Source: the human T2T-CHM13v2.0 reference genome, Homo sapiens. Taken from it: a stretch of DNA of 64,000 nt. Both the position numbers and the translations under genes were made by a program. The DNA is taken from assembly GCF_009914755.1 (NCBI RefSeq), contig NC_060940.1, one strand, 5' to 3'. The notes beneath the pieces were generated by a model that did not search any database, was not told the DNA's origin, and saw nothing but the letters and a program-made list of their open reading frames with translations. Of the stretch, positions 1 through 64,000 are shown piece after piece; the stretch's first letter is position 1, and each line of letters opens with the position of its first letter.

Positions 1-2
1 TA

Positions 3-332
<330 letters not shown>

Positions 333-809
333 TAACCCTTCCAACAAGCCCTGTGACACAGATACTGCCACCCCCATTTTGCCGAGTGAAGTGAGGTTCA
401 GAGAAGTCACGTGACAAAAGCTGCAGGGTTGCTGAATCTCAGAGCTGAGGTCCAAACCCAGGTCTTCTGACCTCTAAGCCCTGAGCTCTTTCTTGCACCG
501 TGGTGGTGTCGTTTTTTTCCCAGAGCCCTTAGAGTATGCCAGACATTCCCATGTAATCCTCACAAGAACGCAGCTTCCACAAGCTAGGAATAAAGAACTC
601 TGACATGGATACACGTGTTTAGACCACACAGCGGGATAAACTGGCAAGTTATTGGAGGTCTTACTGGAAAGGTGGTTCATAGGGAAATGCCCTCTAAGAG
701 AATGGGAGGAAAAGGTAAAGGCATTGTTTGGTAACTGTCTGAGACCAGGTGCTTTTGCTAGACCCTATACAATAGGCTTGAGGTGCTAATATCGTTATGC
801 CTCACTTTA

Positions 810-1248
<439 letters not shown>

Positions 1249-1281
1249 TCACTGCAACCTCCACCTCCTGGTTTCAAGTGA

Positions 1282-1476
<195 letters not shown>

Positions 1477-1504
1477 TAGCCAATCAGCTATAATTTAAAT
1501 TTAG

Positions 1505-1798
<294 letters not shown>

Positions 1799-1873
1799 TA
1801 GCCAGGATGGTCTTGATCTCCTGACCTCGTGATCCGCCCGCCTCTGCCTCCGTATGTTTTATTTTTGAGATAA

Positions 1874-2062
<189 letters not shown>

Positions 2063-2609
2063 TAATTCCTGGGCTCAAGTGATCCTCCCGCCTTGGCCTC
2101 CGAAAGTGCTAGGATTACAGGTGTGAGCCACTACACCCGGCCAACATAAAAAAAAAAAACTGATGGCTGAGATCCACCTTCAGAGATTCTGCGTCAGTGG
2201 GTCTGGAGTGAGGCCCAGCACTGATACATTTAGTACTGCCAATCAGGTGATTCCAATGTGTGCCAGGGCGGAAGCACAGCCAGACCACACAGCTGTCAGG
2301 AATGAACGGCCCAAGGTGCTGGCATGTGCTCTCAGCCCAGACCGGACCATCATTATTCTCAGCTGGGTTGCATAAAGGCCAGTGCCACTGCCTTTTCTTA
2401 CTCTACCCACAGAGCAAATGACTGGTTCTTTCTTTAAGCAAAATACGTTAAGATGAGTTCATTAACTTCAATCAGTGCATATAGCAAGTTGAATACGAAT
2501 TTCAGGCAATGGCAACACACGAAGATACACGAATAATAGGGAAGCTCAGATCAAATTCAGGCATTGTTTTGCCCTCTTGATAGGCCAGGAAGTTGAAGTT
2601 TCTTTTTAA

Positions 2610-2945
<336 letters not shown>

Positions 2946-3295
2946 TGAGAAAAGCCTTTGGTTCCCGTTCGTTATTTTTTAAATAGGTACATGAAACATT
3001 TTATGTCTCCTTCTTCCAAAAAGAAAATAATGAATTAAGTGGCTCTTTATGTATGATTATTAGAGGGGAGCATCGGGGCCTTTAGTAAAAACAAAACAAA
3101 ATGTAAAACCTTTCCCGTCTCTGCTGAAGGGGTTCCCTGCTGTGCAGCAGACATTCAGTGATCACAGAGCTTAGCTCAAGTTTCTCCTAATTCCCAGCAC
3201 CTCTGATTCCCAGCATCTCTTCTTGTTCTGATCATAAACAACTCCAGCTCTTGGATTACGTCGGGCAACATAACAGCAGGCACGGAATTCTCTCT

Positions 3296-3307
3296 GCTTA
3301 TTTAGAA
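3296..3307 (+). promoter_or_regulatory. MEF2-like site
   Basis: GCTTATTTAGAA is a near match to the MEF2 A/T-rich core, about 130 bp upstream of the DR1. MEF2/PPAR cooperation is known for the human BCO1 promoter. Confidence 0.55.
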
Positions 3308-3424
3308 CCTAGTCTGAAGCAAGCTTTTTTTTTTTTTTGGTTAAGTCAAAAGTGAAACTGGAGAGGGAAAGCTGAGGGAACAATAAGAGGATTAAAGATT
3401 AGCTATGACACATGGCTTGGAAAT

Positions 3425-3437
3425 TAACCTTTAACCA
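3425..3437 (-). promoter_or_regulatory. DR1 nuclear receptor element (PPRE-type)
   Basis: TAACCT-T-TAACCA reads TGGTTA-A-AGGTTA on the minus strand, immediately 5' of the TATA box. A proximal PPRE is established for BCO1; equating it with this site is inference. Confidence 0.7.
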
Positions 3438-3444
3438 AACATCT

Positions 3445-3450
3445 TATAAG
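3445..3450 (+). promoter_or_regulatory. TATA-like box of the BCO1 promoter
   Basis: cttATAAGta about 245 bp upstream of the ATG, followed by a purine-rich 5' UTR; implies a TSS near 3470-3485. Confidence 0.7.
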
Positions 3451-3692
3451 TAACGCCAGCGCAGCTTCCCTTGTGAATGTAAAGAGATCCAGGGCTCTTG
3501 GAGAGGGACAAGTGAGAGCCAGCCAAAAAGGAAAAAGCAAAGGCAGAAACGGCATCAGGAGAGACAGAGATGTGAAGGAGGGAAGGAGCAGGAGAGCAGG
3601 AAGGAAACGCAGGAGGAGGGAGCAGCATCTCCTGTGAACACAGAGGAGCACCTGTTTGCTGTTAAAATCGATCTCCCTCGGCACCCTGAGCA

Positions 3693-55340
<51,648 letters not shown>

Positions 55341-55885
55341 TGGTGTTGGGGTTTGGGTAGGGGAGGGGAGCTCGGCTGTCAGAACTCCATGGATATGTTT
55401 CTTTGGATGGAGGGGAGGGCCTTTGTTACCTTTTGCACTTATTCTTTCTGTGGGTGCTTTGACAAGGGCATGGCAAGAGAGCTTGTCAGTATCATTTCTT
55501 TCATTTTATTTTGGCTGTAAAAATTTTGTTTGAAAGTCAAACATTTGAACATCAAATATGTATTGATTAGATCCAGTCCTTCTAAGAAACCTCCTTTCCT
55601 TTAACAAAAAGACCTTGACCATGAATCAGAGATTGTATTCAATGACATTATCATCATTTTTAGAACGAGCCACTAACCTATTAGAGAAGAGGCAGATAAT
55701 TATTTATCATTGTGCCTTCCTCTGTCTCTTTCTCTTTCCTTTGCTCCCTCCCATGTTTCTGGTGGACTAAATTGTGTATCTGGGAGTTCTCACTTTCTAG
55801 CCAGGCCTGATGAGTTAAGTTACATGACCAGGAAGGTTATGCCACTTTGTGGTCATTCCATGCAAGTCATGGCGTAATATAAAAT

Positions 55886-55891
55886 AATAAA
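55886..55891 (+). terminator. Polyadenylation signal AATAAA (proximal)
   Basis: AATAAA about 545 nt after the stop, followed by a T-rich stretch (ctttattttttac). Confidence 0.75.
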
Positions 55892-55954
55892 AACTTTAAA
55901 GTCTGCTCAGACTTTATTTTTACATGGCTTCTCCCTCTGAAGGTCTTCTAAGGC

Positions 55955-55960
55955 AATAAA
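55955..55960 (+). terminator. Second AATAAA (possible alternative poly(A) signal)
   Basis: Canonical hexamer 69 nt downstream of the first. Confidence 0.45.
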
Positions 55961-56716
55961 ATAGTTGCAGAGCTTGATGGTTCACAGCCAGCACGATGCT
56001 TCATTGTACAATCGACGGGACTAACAGATTGCTGTGGGACTCCTCTTTGCAAGAGGGGATTAATAGGTACTGGACATTGACCTGGCTAGCCACGGCCGAG
56101 GGGCTCAAACCCAGGATTGAGTCCCAGGGCCTGGGCTGGCATGAGGAGTTCTTCCCTGCTGCTGAGAACTAGAGCAGTGGGCTGTGCCCATGTGCGTAGA
56201 TAAAAGGAGTTTCTCCAAGCTTGTACGTGCTGCCGAGATAAACCAGGCATTTTGGGCAGCGTGGAAGGAGGTTGAAGGCCCCTGAGCCAGGTAGTGATGG
56301 GGATGGAGAAAGTTGGGAACAAGGCAAATGGGATGCTACACCACTACCAGGAGCCCCATAGGCATCTGAGTCTACAGTCAAGTGGGTGCCTGATGCATGG
56401 TTTAAAGAAACAAAGGCAGGCTGGATAATTCCCAGGTCATGGGATCGGGGGAGCTGGGTTTCACAGCCTTATTCTGCACTTACTTCCTCTCCTGAATCTG
56501 GATTTCATTCAGTCACCAATGGGGATTCCATGACGTGTCTGGAGGATGGGAAGGACTCTCTAGTGGCACCGCATGGAATCCCCCAGAGGGGCAGCTCCCT
56601 CCAGGATGGTCTTAGCTTTTGCCCTGCACCCACCATGAAGCCATACTTAGCCTCTACCAAAATGTAGGCTCCATGAGGCCAGGGAGTTAGGTTTTTTTTC
56701 TTTTCTTTCTCTTTGA

Positions 56717-57272
<556 letters not shown>

Positions 57273-57369
57273 TGAACTCCTGACCTTAGGTGATCTGCCA
57301 CCTCAGCCTCCCAAAGTGCCGGGATTACAGGCGTGAGCCACCATGTCCAGCCAAGCCTTTTTTTTTTTC

Positions 57370-57850
57370 TTAGTTGAAGTTTTTATTGAGATAATTGTAC
57401 ATGCACATGCAGTGTTGAGAAATTATACAGAAAGATCTCATGCAGACTTTACCCAGTTTCCCCCCCCATTTGTAACATTTTGCAGAATGATATAGTATAA
57501 TATCACAACCAGGATATTGATATTATCCACCAATCTTATTTAGATTTCCCAGTTTTACTTGTACTCATTTGTGTGTATGTGTGTATAGTTCTAGACAAAT
57601 TCTAGACTGCATCCACCATCACAGGCAAGATACCAAATAGCACGTCAGCACGAGGATCCCTCATGTCACTTTTTTTATCACCAAACCTACCTCCTGCCCT
57701 CCTCACCTCCGATCCCTAACCCTTGGCAACCACCATAAAATGGTGTCATTTCAAAAATGTTATGTAAATGGGATGATGCGGTATTAACCTTTTGGGATTG
57801 GCCTTTCTCACACAGCAGAATTCCTTGAAGATTCATCCAGTCATGGTGGA
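57370..57850 (-). mobile_element. Old L1M (L1MC-like) 3' fragment
   Basis: ttttattgagataattgtacat...tatagtataatatcacaaccaggatattga...ccttggcaaccacc...atgtaaatggga. Confidence 0.65.
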
Positions 57851-59968
57851 TATTCATTCAAGTCATTAGGCATTGGGTGTGTCTGACTCACTACTTTATC
57901 CTCAACACTTGTAACACTGCCTCGTGTAATGTAGGCACTCAATACATACTTGTTGAATGAACGAATGCACCAGTTCTCCCAACAGATTCAACTGGTCAAT
58001 GCATCAACAAGAAATGGATGTCTTACTGGAGAGCTCCTGGGAGATGGGGAAGCGAGTCCCACATGGAGCCCAATGACAACACACACAATTCCCTGCTAAG
58101 TTTCCTCACTCCTGCTACCCCTGATCACCCCCTCTCTCTTCTCCTCCCTGTTGGTCCCTCAATACCCCTCCTATCGTTCTCAGCATTTTCATTTTTGCCC
58201 TAAGCTTACATACCCTGTTCAACAAAAATGCAAGCCATGGAAATGGCAGGACAAAGACCATCTGCTCTTCCTCAGAATCGTCTTTGGGAACCTCAGTACC
58301 TCCAGCCTTGATAAAATGGACGAAGGGGGACTGGGCGTGGTGGCCCACCTCTGTAATCCCAGCACTTTGGGAGGCCAAGGCAGGCAGATCACGAGGTCAG
58401 GAGCTCCAGACCAGTCTGGCCAACATGGTGAAACCTCGTCTCTACTAAAAATACAAAAATTAGCCGGGCTTGGTGGTGGGTGCCTGTAATCCCAGCTACT
58501 TAGGAGGCTGAGGCAGGAGAATCACGTGAACCCAGGGGGCGGAGGTTGCAGTGAGCTGAGATCGCGCCACTGCACTCCAGCCTGGGTGACAGAGTGAGAC
58601 TCTGTCTCAAAACAAAACAAAATAAAATAAAGCAGAATAGACAAAAGGGAAATGCCAACTCTAGTGGCCTGAAAAAAGCACGATTAAGGGCTGCGTTTGG
58701 GTGGCAGGAATGGAAAAGAATTGAAAAATGTGACAGGCCCTCAACCACTCATTCTTCTACTTTAAATATTTGAGAAGAGGGTAGAATTAAAAAATGCTTC
58801 CCCACCTCCATTCTACTAGATTCCTATTGCCTAACAGTACCCAGAACTAGTCATGAAAAAGGGTGCAGTTCTGCGGGGAAGAAAAATATGTCCGTGGTTT
58901 GTTTATCTTGTTGAAGATGACAGGTAGAATACCAGACTGATGAGGGAGGCTGGCACACCAAATCTTTCTTTCTCAGTTTCAAAAACACCAAAAGTTGATG
59001 CCAAGATATTCAATTTATCTGGGTCCTTAATTCTGACACATTTCATACATAAGCCAGGGTAATTAGCTCAAAACTCCACAAGAGCTATGATGCGTGCTCC
59101 GTTCTTGAAGGACCCAAGAGACGCTCCATCTTACCCTCTGAGCCTTCCTTGTTATGTTTCATGTGGGTGGAATATATGACCAGGAAGTTCTGCAGGATTT
59201 GTTTATTGCTTTGATAAAGCCACAGCATTTCTCAAGTGCTCTATGCTGCAAGCGTCAGGAACACGCTAGGAAACCCAAATGTTTGCTGACCCACTAACTT
59301 TTTCCACCAAAGCTTTCTCTAATTTAATCCCAATTCAGGAATAAGCTGGATAGACACTTGGGCAATCAACTCACGAAAAATCTAAGTGTGTTGGCGTGAC
59401 ATCTACAATATTTGCACAAACACTTCCTCCTGACCAAAGTTCAGCCTGACTCCTTTAAGAAGGTTGCTGGTCCAGGTTAAGTATAAACACCTTTGATGGC
59501 TTCTTAAAAACTGTTTAAAGACTGTTTGGGTGGTTTTTAAATGGCCAGGAGATGTCTTTCTCATGACAAATCAGTACATGCAGACCAAAAAGTCATCACC
59601 ACCGTTCTCAACATCCAACAGTGATGAGATGTATGGCCTCAACACTTGAACTTCTTCCTGGGAGTTTAGACTCAGAGACCCTGCACAGAAAAACACAGCG
59701 CCAACTGCCCCAGCTCCTGTGCCACATCAAAAAGCATCCTTTGAGGTCCAGCCCCAGCTAAGAGGCAGATTTTCTTGGACACAACCAGCAAACAGAGATG
59801 TGGCGGCACTGTATTCAGCCAGGGTGGGGAAGAGAACAGTTTCTTTCTCATAACTAAGAAAGGCTTTCCCAAGGCCAGGCGCAGTGGCTCATGCCTGTAA
59901 TCCCAGCACTTTGGGAGGCCGCGGTGGGAGGATCACTTGAGGTCAGGAGATGGAGAACATCCTGGCTA

Positions 59969-60289
<321 letters not shown>

Positions 60290-61085
60290 CTAGGATTTGG
60301 AGACAGATGTGGTTGCCTGAACAAAGCAGGTGCAGAGGGAATTTCCCAAGAAAGAGCAGTGGACAGAGTCAGGCTTAGGGCTTTTTGTTATTTGCTTTTT
60401 GTTTTTTTTCCTGTGTTAAATCTTATCTGTTCATTGTAGAACACGTGGATAAGTTAAAGAAATAAATGAGAAAGATACCACAGTTACATTACCAAAAGGA
60501 AACCACTGAAATCATTTTGATATGTTTTTCTCCAGGTGTTTTTGAGTGCGTGTGTGTGGGCAGCGTTTACATATTAGTGATCACCAGTTTATAACCTACT
60601 CTTTTTCACTTAACATATGATGCAAGCATTTTCCCAGGTCATTAAATTCTTTTAATGGGTGCATATTATTCCTTCTTGGGGGCATGGTGTAATGTAGACT
60701 ACCCTACTGTTGGACATTTAGGTTATTTCCAATTTTTGGCTATTATACATAAGGCCCTGATAAGTAACGTCCTGCATAAAATTCTAGAGTTCATCCCCTA
60801 CCCTGTATTTGGGTGGCTGTTACTGTTATTATCTTCAGCTAGATTCCCCACTGAAAATTTCTGAGCCAAAGAGTAGGAAAACAAGGTAATGGGTGTTTTC
60901 TTGAAAGGCCAAAGGTTTGGCTTGATTCATAAGACTGAAACCAAGAAGACAATCTTGGATATTTGAGGCTCAAATGGTCAAAATGGTGATAGGGCTGAGA
61001 AAACACATTTGTGAGGAAACTGAAAAAACATGGGTATATGGTAATATCATTTTAGTTCAAATTCTCCCTTCTTCCTTTTCCCTAG

Positions 61086-61319
<234 letters not shown>

Positions 61320-62014
61320 TAGAGACGGAGTTTCACCATGTTGGCCAGGCTGGTCCCGAACTCCTGACCTCAGGTGATCCACCTGCCTCGGCCTCCCAAA
61401 GTCCTGGGATTACAGGCGTGAGCCACCGTGCCTGGCCACAAATACATATTCTTTTTCAGGCATACATTCACACATTCATTCACTCATTCAGTGATAATCA
61501 AGACTGTGCTTGCATATAGTGCTGGAAAAAACCAGTGCTTCACTGTCCTCAGGGAGTATATGGCTTTGTGAAAAGCCAACACAATACAATGGAATGGAGG
61601 TGAAAAGTGGGCGTACCCTCTGCAACCTTAGCCAGGGACGGCCGCAAGGGGAAGGATGGTAGCAGTTGGCAAGGTGAACAGGTGATCCAGATTTAAAAAG
61701 GGGCGTGTGCCTGGCCCTGGAGTCAGGGAAGCATATGGGAATCTGGAAAACCTGAACTGCTGGGCAGAAGGCGGGGGCCACAGCAAAAGACAGCTTCAAG
61801 CAGACCCCCACTTTATCTGCACTCAGGTCAGAAATGAAACTGGCATTAACTAAAGAGAATTCTCCAAAGGTAGCTTCAAGGACAATCAAGGACTGACATT
61901 CATTAAAATATACACATATATTTTTAATATATATGTAAAATACATATTTTTAAATATATATAATCTATTTTAAATATATATAATACATATTTTAAAATAG
62001 ATTATATATATGTG

Positions 62015-63740
<1,726 letters not shown>

Positions 63741-63753
63741 TTTTTTTTTTTGA

Positions 63754-63915
<162 letters not shown>

Positions 63916-64000
63916 TAGTAGAGATGGGGTTTCTCCATGTTGGTCAGGCTGGTCTTGAACTCCTGACCTCAGGTGATCTGCCCGCCTCGGCCTCCCAAAG

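Overview
This is human (primate) genomic DNA with very high Alu density. It contains the complete BCO1 (BCMO1, beta-carotene 15,15'-oxygenase 1) gene on the + strand. Eleven coding exons (3693..55340) join through canonical GT-AG sites into 1644 nt, or 547 aa plus a stop, and include the four iron-binding His residues (H172, H237, H308, H514). The promoter has a TATA box, a DR1/PPRE and a MEF2-like site, and the 3' UTR has poly(A) signals. Almost all other ORFs in the supplied track come from Alus or low-complexity sequence. I found no new gene or prokaryotic-type system. Three structures stand out. (1) A ~49-bp tandem duplication copies the exon 5 splice acceptor and creates an identical upstream acceptor that would frameshift the transcript into a premature stop. 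(2) A 3'-truncated U1 snRNA retrocopy with target-site duplications sits in intron 3 in the sense orientation and keeps the splice-site-pairing sequence. (3) A complex Alu junction in intron 8 carries a copy of unique sequence from intron 2, 35 kb away, followed by a fold-back inversion. Repeat family names come from recognising consensus sequences by eye, and their boundaries are approximate.
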